A DNA stretch of 64,000 nt from a virus (Duplodnaviria > Caudoviricetes): the IMG/VR virus record IMGVR_UViG_3300012952_003947, positions 7,832 through 71,831 of that record. One strand, written 5' to 3'. Below are positions 10,001-21,200 of the stretch, piece by piece. The notes under the pieces were generated by a model. The model ran no database searches, was not told the origin of the DNA, and worked only from the letters and a program-made list of their open reading frames with translations. Each line of letters opens with the position of its first letter. The stretch's first letter is position 1. The translations under genes were made by a program, and so were the position numbers.

Positions 10001-11164
10001 CGGTTCATAATGAGAGATAACAGCATAAGCATAGTTGCTCTTTTTATTTTGCTCAAAAAAGTTACTGCTGTATCCTAAATTATTCAAGTTCGCAGATTTT
10101 TCAATTAAGCCGGCTGATTCATAAACTTTAAACGATTGCAAATTTTCAACTATAGGGTTGTGTCTAAAGTCCTGAACTTTATCACTAACAAGCTCATTTG
10201 CAAAAACAATCTCATATAACACAGAGCCAAGCTCGGAATCCCATCCATCGTCTGTATCTGTAAATGTATAGGAATTCATCTTAATATCATCCTCAGATAT
10301 GCTTCCAAGACCAGATGTTGCATACTCACTTAGTGCTGCAGCCATTTCTTTTATATCAAGATAAGATACTACAAAGTAACTTAAATGCTTTGGATCTGAA
10401 GATTGTACGTCAAACGTGACACTTGGAGTGCCCGAAGAGGGAACTGGAACTTTATATATTCTTTCTCCGTTTGAATCTAAGTAACTATTCATTCTCTGTA
10501 AGTGTTGCAAGAGATTTTTTGACGCATCGATATCAGGATTTGTCATAGAGAATCGTTGTGTGACGTGCTTGCGGGATCCCAAATCTGTTACCAATACTCT
10601 ATCTTTATCAAAAGCCTCAGAGGCTGGGAGTAGGGAAGGGTCATTCATAGCAATAGCAAATGGAAGCAGCTTATTTGATAACATTCTTTCTGTATGGCTT
10701 TCAACAGTCGATTGAATTACTGCAATTTTAACAAAATCAACCAGCCTAGACATTCCTTTTTCGTTGGTCATACCACCAAAGAAGGACGCAGCTACACTGT
10801 TGCCTCTGTCGGAAACAGTTTCCATTACTTCACAAAATATGCTAGATTTAAGATTAAGGGCTGAAGCTTCGGAGATTCGACCGGCGCCAGAGGACTGTCC
10901 TAGGAATTTATTTTGTAATCTCTCCAGTCCTTCCGCAGATTTTGCTATATTGTCCTTTCCAACAGAACCTTTTGTTATGAAAGAATGATAACTTTTAGAA
11001 AATCCGCTTGCTTTAGGCGGTTGCCATGACGGATGAACACCGTTAATATGTGGGTTAGTGTTACCAGAAAAAACATTAGAGCCGCCCGTCTCTAAGACAA
11101 TTTTGGAAAGCTCAACCTTTGGAATGAATCTTTTTAATAATTCTTTTTTGGTCATTTTAGCCAT
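7070..11164 (-). CDS. large hypothetical (probably virion) protein
   Basis: ~1364 aa ORF; ATG at 11164 overlaps the upstream TAA (TAATG), preferred over the tracked start at 11170; no motif recognised. Confidence 0.55.
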   Translation of the reverse strand: MAKMTKKELLKRFIPKVELSKIVLETGGSNVFSGNTNPHINGVHPSWQPPKASGFSKSYHSFITKGSVGKDNIAKSAEGLERLQNKFLGQSSGAGRISEASALNLKSSIFCEVMETVSDRGNSVAASFFGGMTNEKGMSRLVDFVKIAVIQSTVESHTERMLSNKLLPFAIAMNDPSLLPASEAFDKDRVLVTDLGSRKHVTQRFSMTNPDIDASKNLLQHLQRMNSYLDSNGERIYKVPVPSSGTPSVTFDVQSSDPKHLSYFVVSYLDIKEMAAALSEYATSGLGSISEDDIKMNSYTFTDTDDGWDSELGSVLYEIVFANELVSDKVQDFRHNPIVENLQSFKVYESAGLIEKSANLNNLGYSSNFFEQNKKSNYAYAVISHYEPDNNFNQGAAVFYSLDMYKILSENSLIKSVYGLYNSDWRELVEEVARMAKIKNMTIHRRRIKPNNMTNEAGVLNREAEDFDKEDPPAMIARFSDEGVPSGIKEKNIVLKKQETVNEELQLGNLSLKNIFRRSFMFTDAGALSQNKLSKNTSTSDFGLGQYVYDLELEISDYSPILVGKKLVKAIKANDVLKKLYLEASEGFTQSDYKIATEKDPHATPIPKHINRPIRGRVGELIDNRAKRIRTTRVKKVPNFNIKNNSYSTEYLNSRPRPEVQSVAPKVIDEQTGLERDMNREEYAVWKETRDTAEPVTYNPEVSAAAEAYKELKILLVMSPVISRNDLNANIQAGRSVVEQSEKLAKLAEIKAGSTPEALKALISVLDTVIAEASKISGVNMPLAGDSTLDGQLTRNKVGMAQNNYDHTGNSKSNSKINSDKGRIKINFALPVINDHSTPYFVGYDYLAGVPDGPAGSPAVFPLRHSMGLRHVQASGLVERTNHELLKYFNDLEAPVDMSVTLSGETFPVVANDSPDSEKFTYLTPSRVRFHDKGYSTLNLFKNGTIEYINNEQKRFLVQQIMLKIMYYNLLGKLPNDNILENPNSKLNANQQLIKKQLLELATKDGTHVGKSVSSALAVLTDALKENKNTSQSDKGKGIKEADQQKESNLQGQTKDQKTFDPYESTVGDEGLNSDPSSLLFAMLGSKVLKNNLLNEIVRSSYYSFNPEKSVLSAVKDSVSDATDKAAIAKLLLRGRLKSLPNQIKTLMFDSYEQKRENIRETGMHDPLLDIVGDLEHYGAFWLNYGNIVKVEYLHELKDSSPTWLDLTTSNYGALAGTTLCRIRRYENKLLGLAKNENFELPIYNEYFLLEAGEEINQDIQPQLTLEEEKDLSKIDLDKAKKILKLDPKHDIYITPEQAQKRSYELKCNGSFHSHTLTNEYKEYAGVVLYMPCSSHEEYVSNLANIGGSESKNQKSESKDKKYQ

Positions 11165-12258
11165 TAACAAGTCTCCTCATTAGGCCCAGAGGGGATTGCA
11201 TAAATGTTTTCTGCCTCATCAGCATCAGATGTAGGTAAGGCGTCGTCCGGACATTCAAATAATTCTTCGTCCAGATACGGATCTTCTCTTTTATCTTTAT
11301 TTCTTGCTGCACAAAAGGCTTCAACGCTAATTTCTCCATCAAACAAAAAATCAAAAAAGTATTCAACATAATTAGGTGTTAATAAAGAACTTTTTGTGCT
11401 TGGCTTGTCATCAGTCAAAATACCATCTTTTACGTTATTAAACTCTTCCTGAAAATATATTTTTTCTAATTCATCGTCCTCGCCAATTTTAAACACTTCA
11501 ACGTCAAAGTTTTCCGATAGAAACTCAGTATTTTTTTCTTTTAATTCTAACAAAATATAATTGTCTTTTACAACTAATACTGTTCCGTCATTAAAAAAAT
11601 CACTTCTTATCGTTCCGTCGTCCAAATCGTTGCCGTGCTCTGTTAAACTAACAAAGCTATTCATTCTCTCGCTCTGTGGGACGCCTCCGGGATCACCGTC
11701 TTCATCAGGAAAATCATATTGCTCAACGCCAATTTCAATTTCTACTTCTGTTGCTAATTGAGGTATCCTATCGACCAAACCAGCAGTGGAGCCGGTATAG
11801 GTTGTAGATATATTTGCGTGATCTAGTTCGCCATTTAAATATAGCACGCTCCAGGCGGGAGCATATCTAGAATTCAACTTTGAGGTACCGATTGATTTCA
11901 TTCGGATGTCTCTATCCATCTCTAGAGTATTAAATTCTATTTGCTCATCATCTTCGTAAGCGGCCCAAGATTGGCCGCTAGAAAGTACGCCAGAGCTAAC
12001 AAGTTTCTTTTTTATAACTTTTTTTTGTTCAATATTACTAAAATTATATTGAGTTGACAACCGTGGTGTTTTATTTAAAATTCTATTTTCTGTTTCACTC
12101 TGGTCTTCAACAAAGTTAGCATAATTCGAATCATACAACACGTCATCATCATAAAAAGCATAAAATTCAGGCTTAAACTTTCCCAAAGAAAGCAGACGCT
12201 TTCCATGTTGAGTTAGCTGAATATCTAGTACTTGTTCTTTTTTATCTAAAAATTTCAT
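11164..12258 (-). CDS. virion structural protein, distant paralog of 2884-3840
   Basis: N-terminus MKFLDKKEQVLDIQLTQHGKRLLSLGKFKPEFYAFYDDDVLYD aligns by eye with 2884-3840; acidic C-terminus. Confidence 0.5.
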   Translation of the reverse strand: MKFLDKKEQVLDIQLTQHGKRLLSLGKFKPEFYAFYDDDVLYDSNYANFVEDQSETENRILNKTPRLSTQYNFSNIEQKKVIKKKLVSSGVLSSGQSWAAYEDDEQIEFNTLEMDRDIRMKSIGTSKLNSRYAPAWSVLYLNGELDHANISTTYTGSTAGLVDRIPQLATEVEIEIGVEQYDFPDEDGDPGGVPQSERMNSFVSLTEHGNDLDDGTIRSDFFNDGTVLVVKDNYILLELKEKNTEFLSENFDVEVFKIGEDDELEKIYFQEEFNNVKDGILTDDKPSTKSSLLTPNYVEYFFDFLFDGEISVEAFCAARNKDKREDPYLDEELFECPDDALPTSDADEAENIYAIPSGPNEETC

Positions 12259-12260
12259 AG

Positions 12261-15200
12261 CTATCGACGCTCACCTTCTGACACTTTTGTCAATCGTGTT
12301 GAAGGTTTTTCGCTCCGTTGTATTTGCGTTATATCTTGATTTTTCCCTGGGGGTATTTTCACCGTACCCTCTTCTTCATTAAATTGTTCTTTACTGATTG
12401 CGCTTTGTGGTATAAACGGTGCGTCTGGACCTATTGATATACCTGCATCAAGTTTAACTAATTCAACGAGAGAGAAATAATCATAAGGCCAGTTATAACT
12501 GTAATCTGGTTCTTTCTCTTTATTTCCTACTTGGAACTTGAATCTATCATCGTCTCTTGAATCTGCTGTTAGATTATAGTAGCTACGTTCAGCTTTCTTT
12601 TTAATCTTAAAGATCATCCAATGTATTTCCTCGCCGGCGTCATCTTTGAAGGGAGGTAATCCGTGGAAAAACTCATGCTTTCCAGTAGGATGAGATACAA
12701 CAACTTCTTCTTTTTCAGCAGTCATCGCAATCTCTGGCATTAAGTTTTGCCAAATATCAGACAAATCATCTTTATCCAGAGTATGCGTAAACTCAAAAAT
12801 ATACATTACAAATGGAGTTTTTGTTTTATATTTTAAGAAGTCAAAATTAGGTGGTACAACATATCGATTCATTAATTTGATCATGTCAGAAATAGAAGTA
12901 TCTTGTATGTCTTCTTTAGCTCCAAAGTCCCCTCTTTGAACCGCAGGTTTACCATTGGTAATATTTTCAAGCTGTTTCTTATAAATGCCAGGAAGAATCT
13001 TAAAGAAATGCTTAGAACCAAAAGTATTCACTGTAAAGTTGGTCTTCTTTTTTGAGAAAGGAATTGCTACAACAGCTTCTGAAATTTCTTTTTCGTCCGC
13101 AACTTCGCCAACTCTTTGACTGCCCGGGTTAAATCCACAAACATTGATCAAAGATCCGGTTGTAGTTTGAGAGGGGTCTAATAGTTGCACGGGATGACTT
13201 TCTTCAATGTCTAGAAACAATCCTGTCCCTTCGCCTGGAATGTTGCCGTATCCATTCCAGATACTTCTTACAAATCTTGCGTCTTTGTCTGGGTCACCAT
13301 GAGTACCAGATACATCTAGAACTGGACATTCCCACTTTGTACCAATAGACCAAACGTCGAAAGCAGAAGTATCGCTATCAGTGATAGAAGTTGGTACGTA
13401 CTGGCCTTCCGAATCTGTTTGTGACGAATATGTAACTTTTTTAACCCTAGTTTTGCCTAATAAATTAACAGAGGAGCTTAATTGCATACAATTTTGTACT
13501 GGTAGGCTGTTACCATGCACGGAGCCTGTAGCTGTTCCGGCTACGGTATCTAAATACGGATTTTTATTAAAATAAGTTACTTCGGCGCCGGCCAGGATTT
13601 CATCAAGACTAAACACGGCAGAGGCGCCAGTGTCCATAGGGTTGTCATCGCCATAGACGCCGGAATCATGAGGAGAGAATGAAATTCTCGCTACAGAATC
13701 CCCATAAAAATAAGGTGGTGTCCAAGCAGAGTGGTTAATAAAACTATTTAAAAGGTTATAAGCATCAGAGGTAACACCTTCGGCGACGCCGCCTATGTTC
13801 GCAGTAAAGTGCGGAGTATCTAGAGTCCAAGTACCTTCTTCTAAAATATGCTGATGGGCTAGAGATACGGTCAGGTCAGCCCAGGTTCCAGACAAGGCCG
13901 GGCCATATATGCTCCCTCTCCTATCACCCCAGTGCGGAGATATTCTGTTAAAATAGCCTGTTTGTTGATTTCTGTTTCCAACAGGCCCTTCACTTATTAC
14001 AAGGTCTTTTGTTCTTCTTAATACAACATCCATGTAATAAACTGTGCCAGAGACCATCGGTTTAAAATCTTTTTCCGCTGCAGAGAACGCTGACGTTAAT
14101 TTGCCATTTTTTAAGAAAAATCTAGGTACTTCTGCTAAGAAATTGTGCGAGGCCATTGGGAAACTAGGCTTAAAGCTTCCGTTCCAGTCAAAAAATACAT
14201 CCTGGGCGGGATCTGACGCATCCGCATCAGCGCTAAACAGAGATAAAAATGTGGCATCAGCTAAGGACGGATCAGACGTTCTGGTGGTCCTATACGCGGG
14301 GCTAGTTTCAACAAAGTGAATCGCGGATTGGCCGTCAGACGAGGAGATTGGTATATAATTTTTAAAATCTACCAAGGCTTCAAACGGAAGTCTATAGTTT
14401 GGTGCTTCTGTTAAAGCTGACATTTCAAAACTTGTAAAAGAAGCACCAATTAATCCTGATTGCCCTTCTGGGGCTGACCCTTTATACACGGGATAATCAA
14501 CCGCAATACCCGACTTAATTGAATTAAAAAATACTCCCGGGGCCATTAGCGGCTGAAGTAGAGCATTTAATCTCTGTGCGCCAAAATCATATGTAGGCGC
14601 CCAGCTAGTTGAATTAGTTCCGTTAAAATACGCAGATCCTGTTGATTTAGACCCACCGATAAACGGACCTAGAGATTGAGATAATAGCGAACCCAATTGA
14701 ACTGACCTTAGTGCAGGGTAAAATCCATTATAAGGCAATAATTTTTTAACTCCGGAACATTTTAATGTAATACGAGACACTGCTGTATCTGAGTGATCTT
14801 CTTGAATCATATTAAAATATTTAAGAAAATCACTGTGAGAATACGTATCATAAAAATCATCATCCAGGCGCGAAGTGCGGTTCGGGCCGGCGCTGGCTGT
14901 GATGTTTCCGCCATCAAGCATAAACAGCATATTGTTTTTAGCTCTAAAGTTTCCTCCTCGCTCATTCATATAAAAATCAATATGATCAGAAATTCTAAAC
15001 TCTGGTACGATAGAATGATCTTGTCCAATAACACGAATATCTGAAGCGTAGTCTTCATAATTATTAAACCAAGGACTCTTGCCTCTGACATCATGAGCAT
15101 AGTATGGTTTCATTTTTCCTGGTACGGCAAAAGGTTCCCATATGGAGGCTGTGAGTGTGGGGTTATCATATCCTGTAACAAGATATGTTGAACCAGTGCC

Positions 15201-18200
15201 GCTAGTAGATAAAGTCCTCATAAAACTTAAAGACGCTGTTGTGTGTAGAGATTCATAGGTGCCGGCGGGCCATAATTCACCGAAATAGTCTGCGCGGTTA
15301 TATGTTGCGGACAAGCTGCCGCCTCCCGCAATTGTAACAGTGCCCTCTGGGCGGTGCCTTGTTGGCCCCAGAGGCCACACACTTAATTTAGTGTTAGATA
15401 AATCTGTTCTGCCTTGACCATTATCAACCATGCCTTGAGAATTTAATGCAGAGTCTATAGTAAGTCCCATACTATTCTCATCGTTGTTCCAAAAAGTACG
15501 TCGATCTTTTCTATCAATACCATTAGTAGCATGTCCGGTTGTCTCAGCATATTGTGTGCGAGATCTAACTTTATTTAAGAAAGTATTTTTTTCTTTAGGA
15601 AACACGGTTTCTGAATAGAATAATCCATTAAACGATTCTACAGGATTGGCCGCTGGTGGAAGGGCGCCTTTCTCATAAATGTCCAATAAATCATCATAAG
15701 CCTGTTTTGGACGATTGGCTAAAGTTCTATTATCACCTCTCAATTCTTCAGATGCAATATTGTTATTAAGAGCATTGTTAGCAAAATGAGATAAATTGTT
15801 GCCAAAAGTGTGATTAATGACAATTTCTTCTCGACCGGTAGTATTGCTGCCTTGTTTACCAACAGTCAGCTTGTGTGTAATTGGCTTATATTTAATAGCG
15901 ACCGGTGGTTCGGTGTAAGATGTTAGGACTTCTGCTACTTTCTTTCCTTGAATTGCTAATAGGTCGCGTTGATATTTTTCCCATCTACTAAGACCATCGG
16001 TGTTAAAAGTAGTCTCCGTCTTTGTCCTTGGCTGAGTTATGATGGAATACCTATTCTTTTTACGCATGTCTCGGGCTACCGGGTGGAGTCCGGTTCTAGT
16101 TTGTTTCCAAGAAGGGTAGCCATAAGGTCCGTTGCGGTGAATAAGAATACCGTTTAGTGTGGCAGCGACGCCATTCCAGCCAACAGATGACACCTGTGCG
16201 TATGCATTATAATCTTGACCATCGCTGTCAGGATCGCCGTCGCCGGCGGGATGCTCAGGAACATAATTAATCTTGACTCTGTAACCAGCGCTTATCTGTT
16301 CTACAGATAAACTATCATATCCTATGAAATTTGAAGCTTCAGTTATTGGTTCATAAATATTAGTATTCATTCCTGCAAAATCTACACCGATAAATCCAGT
16401 GGCAGCACTAAAGCCGACTCGGTCTCGATCACCAATGTACACTCTTTGCCCAGTGGACGCTATCACACTGCCTGCTGAAGATTCAGTTATAAACGAAAGT
16501 TCGCTGGAGCCTGTTGCAAAACCAAATATGGAGGAATCGACAGAGGCAGAAATCCAAGCATATCCCATATCTGATTGCGGTATGGGGTGCTGCACGTACC
16601 AGTTATCATATACAGATTCTGTTGTTGCTATATTCTCACCATGCAAGTAATCTGCTGTTTCAGCTAGTTCTAACCTCTTGCGACCATTTCTGTTTATTTT
16701 ATGGAACGATGGTACCGTAACATACTTATCAGTCAATACTGATCCGTGAGTGCTGTCATGGCCATATTGGCCACAATGTCTTGTTAATATAGTCCTTAGA
16801 CCATCCCTAGCAGAACGAGCGGTGGCTCCGTCATTATTACCATCCAAGTGGTTGGACATTCTAATGGTGCCGTCCTCACCACTGCCAGGACCCCTCACAG
16901 AAAGGTTTCTAAAGGGCAGAGCGTTGTATACCGAGTATTCCTCTGCATTGATGTCCAAGAAGCCTCTAGAGAGCGTTTCCGGGCCGCCTGGGGAGGAGAA
17001 ACGGTTGGCAATCACAGTCTTCTGATTGGAAGAGCCTTCCTCACCTCTGGTATCTAGTGTATAATCAGTGGCTGAAGAGAATCTGTTACTCGTATTAATC
17101 GGATGATCACCTTCGCCAAGATGGCCAAAAACGTTTCCTCGGCCTTCGGTGCTTGGATTGATGCCAATTAAGCTATGAATATTTGTTGTTTTCGGCAAGC
17201 CTTCTTGAGAATCGGTCTTAGCGTAGATACTAGGGAAGTTTGAGGCGCCGTCACTATTATTAAAGAATATGTTATTGACTGAACGACCGGTCGTGTGGAC
17301 AACCTCGTATTTGTTTGTATAATTGCCAATGAAGGTAATGCTATCTACAGAAGAGGTACTTTGCTGAATATTTCTAATGTTGATCGGTCTTTTTGCGGTT
17401 TCGTCTCTGAAATATCTTGCTCTTGGCTTGTCTGGTCCATCATCCCCGGGATTTTTAACTGTCAAGTTAAGGACTGATATATCTAATTTCCAAGCTTCGG
17501 CGCGGGATTCATCATCATCAAGAGTTTTACTTATCGCAGTATTTAACTCTGTGTGGCGATGTGTGAGGCCGCCAACGTGCTTTTCTGTGAAGGGACCTTG
17601 CAAGGGGGCTTCATTATTATACGAATCAAAATGATGATTATTTATATCAATATTCGGTCTAAAGGTTCTTAGTCCGGAGCCCACAGGATAGCCAGTTGAG
17701 ACAGAGGAACTAAAGATTGTAAATGGTGCAATTAAATCTCCCTTAGCTTGCTGATATGCATCTGTCACCTCTACGCCAGATTCTAAAACATTTGTCTTAA
17801 AATTTAATTTTCTTTTTAATAAATCCGCAGGGCCTTTTTTGTCGTCGCATGAAGAAACAACAACTTCTAAATCAGTCTGCGGTATTCTCAGTGTGCCATT
17901 CGCGCCATATTCTGTTATTGACTTATAAAAGTTTGGTTTTTTGTTTATATAAGCTTGGCCTGCTCTAATTTGTTTTGACTCATCTGCCGAGAACTTATAC
18001 GGGCGAGACAGCTTTCTGAGAGCATACGTAGAACCAGTATACGAATTTCCGCTTACTTCTGCTAGCTGTGGGGCGGTGGCGTCCACTACTTTTGTAATAA
18101 TATTATTTAATGTTTGTCTATCTCCATCTAGAGTTGATATACCAAGATCTAGAGGTGATTTGTCTCTTTCGGCCCGGTCTTTCCACCAGAGGCAATTTGT

Positions 18201-21200
18201 ATTTTCATTACTGTTTCCGTCTTCTCTACCATTTGTTGGATTTAGCGGCGCGTGACCGAATTCCCAATCATAGAGCAATTCGTTGATTCCCATTATTCTA
18301 GCTTCAGGATCATCGACCTTAAATTCCATTGTTGGGAACTTAGTCGTATACTTGTTTCTTTCAAGCACATGACTTTCAATAACTGTTCGAACGTTCTCTG
18401 CGAATTCTGCCGATGCGGGGACGAAATTCTGCAACATCATCGAAATTGAATTGTCAACCCACTTATAAAACTCTATATATTTCTCAACGTCTGGGGTGTT
18501 TGCCAACTTTTCAAAGAATAGTTGTCGAATCTTGCCCATCTCTTTGTATTCTTGACGATATCTATTGACTGGCTCACCGATGATATTATGAAAATCTTTG
18601 ATCGTGGCAAACAATCTTATCATCTCATCAGAAACATTTTGATACGGACTCTTTTCAAATGCGAAGAAATAGTTTATTGGCCTAGTTTCTCTCGTAAATG
18701 TTACGTCGTCGCGATCCAAAATGTTTACCATATCGGAGCTTATGATATTATCGGGATTTGATTGTCTTGTAGTTGCAACATAAAAATCATCAACGACCTT
18801 TTTGTTATTAGAGGGGAAGTTTTCACCTCGGGCGGTATGTTGCTTTCTAGTAACGTTGCCGACCCAATCATATCTGGTTGAAGCCAGCGACAACGATCCT
18901 GATGAGACATCAGAAACGGTAAACTTTCCGTCGCCATCGCTGCCAGTTACGTGTTGAAAATCCCAATTAAGAGCTAGGGTGGCAAATTTTGGTACTTCAA
19001 CATCTGGAATGTCAGACTGCAGCATATAACTGTTCTGATATGGAGAATCGACGCCATAATTAGCTGCATCTCTTGCATGCGCTCGTACTTCATTATCATC
19101 TAGATCTGTTAGCCAAACTCTAAGACCGCCGACCTTAACATCAGAATATTGTACAACATTTCCTGTGAAGTTTGTTCTATGAGCACCGACGTAGAATCTC
19201 TTAGGAGCGGTAATAAACGAAGCTCCATCTAATTCATTTCTAATTTCTGATTCGCCCAGTTCTGTATCTAAAAAGCCAGTTGATTTGAATTCTCGTACGA
19301 CCGTGCCGCCATGAGCATTTACACCGACAAATTCAACTAGGTATTTGTTTGTTGTACTGCCAGAAAGGAATGATCCAGAGACTAAACTTGCTTGTGGGTA
19401 TTTCTCATCTTTGACTCTTACAGCAAAATTCCATCTCTCATTGTCGTAGATATTTGTAAATGTGCTACTTGTTATTTCCGGAACAAATGACCCTGTCAAT
19501 ACAAAAGTGATCTGATTTCCTTCAATTCTGTCTCTAACAGCATAAACCTGTAAGCCACCATAATCTGGAGATCCCCAAGTCAAATCATTATCATCCATCG
19601 CGGTGTGACACCCAAACAGCGAAGATGTTATATAATCATATGGTTGGTAATTCGCAGTATTTGCTGCATGTTTTTTAGGAAACAGAATGTCCGCTTCAAT
19701 TGTAATCGGAATATGCCTTTCTTGGCTATGCCCGCCACCAGAACCTGTTATAAATGAAACAGAGTTTGTGTTACCGGTTTCTGGATATTGATATACAGTA
19801 CTGCCAAATCTATCGCTATGATTGAAATCAATATAAGAATTCTTATATGCTACTTCTCTGTAGTTTTCTTTGATCTCATGAGTTATATTATTGCCATAGA
19901 TATTTAATCTAATAATCTCTTCGTCGATACCAAAACATCTTATAAAGTTTCGAAACGACTTTTCTGTGCCCTTTGTTTTATAAAGGAATACGAGATTGTT
20001 ATAAATGTTGTTATAAATAGAGTTTTTTACATTATGTAGTTTTTCTCTAAAAACAAGCTTTTCATCTTTTTCCGCAAATTGTCCCAAAGTATCAACATCT
20101 GCAAATATTTCTGCCGTGCTAAATCCATGAGATTGAAGAACTTGGTCACTAAAAGAATAGGGTTTAAAGCTTGAGCTAGGATAAGTAACTTCTTTAAGCT
20201 TAGGCAAGGATTGCACTTGAAGATAGAGAGTATCAAAGTAGCTAGAAATGATTTGAGTCAGATTAGAGAGGTGACCATCCCCGTCCTCGGAATCTCCTTC
20301 TTGAATCCAGGCTGGTATTGAATTAAAAATTGAAGCGTTATTAGTTAAGTCATGCTCTTTGCCGATAAAAGTCAGCTTATTTTTCATATCCGCAACTTCT
20401 GATTGGTTGGGATACAAAATAGGATCTTTATACTCGCTATTTACAACGTCAGACTCTACCATTGCAGAGCCCGTTCCTCTATAGGTAGAGCCGACCATGC
20501 CTGTGGAGATGGTCCAAGAACCATTGCAAATTCTACCAGAGTAATCTAATACTGTAGAATCAAGCGAAGCTGTGGTAGTAATACCCTCATTAAATTTATA
20601 ATAAACACCTAAATCAGTGTTAGCATCGCTCCTGTTTGTACCGCCGTAGACTGGCACATACCAATTTAATCCTATATCTTTGGGTGTTCTGGCTGTTTTC
20701 CAATACCTAAATTCATCCATGGAGCCAGAGAATTTATTTAATCCACGACCAAGAGGAGTTGTTGCGGTACCAAAGTTTTGCAGAAAATCAGGGAAAGCAA
20801 CGTTTGCACCAATTGTTGCAACCATAGAACCAGCAAATTCGCCCAAAGCGCCATTGGTCTTAGTTATTTCTTGCCTTCTCTTACCATCGACATATAAAGT
20901 AGCGCGTAGATCGGCAGAATCATTTTGCATAACGAAAGCATAATGGTGCCAACTACCGTCAGCTAACGAGTCTTTTGTGTAATCAGTGAAAAGACCCTCG
21001 CTCGCAGCAGAAGCTGAGACTGAATTGAATCCTACAAAAGAATCCGCTTCACCAGCACCTGTTCCAACTGTACCAGATATGCAGTGAACACCAAAGGCGG
21101 CGTTACTTCCTGTTCCATCATTATGAACAAAGATCTCATATCTTCCATACTCAGTGCTTGATCCGGTTACTCCGTTCCACAAATCAAAGAGGGTCATTCT

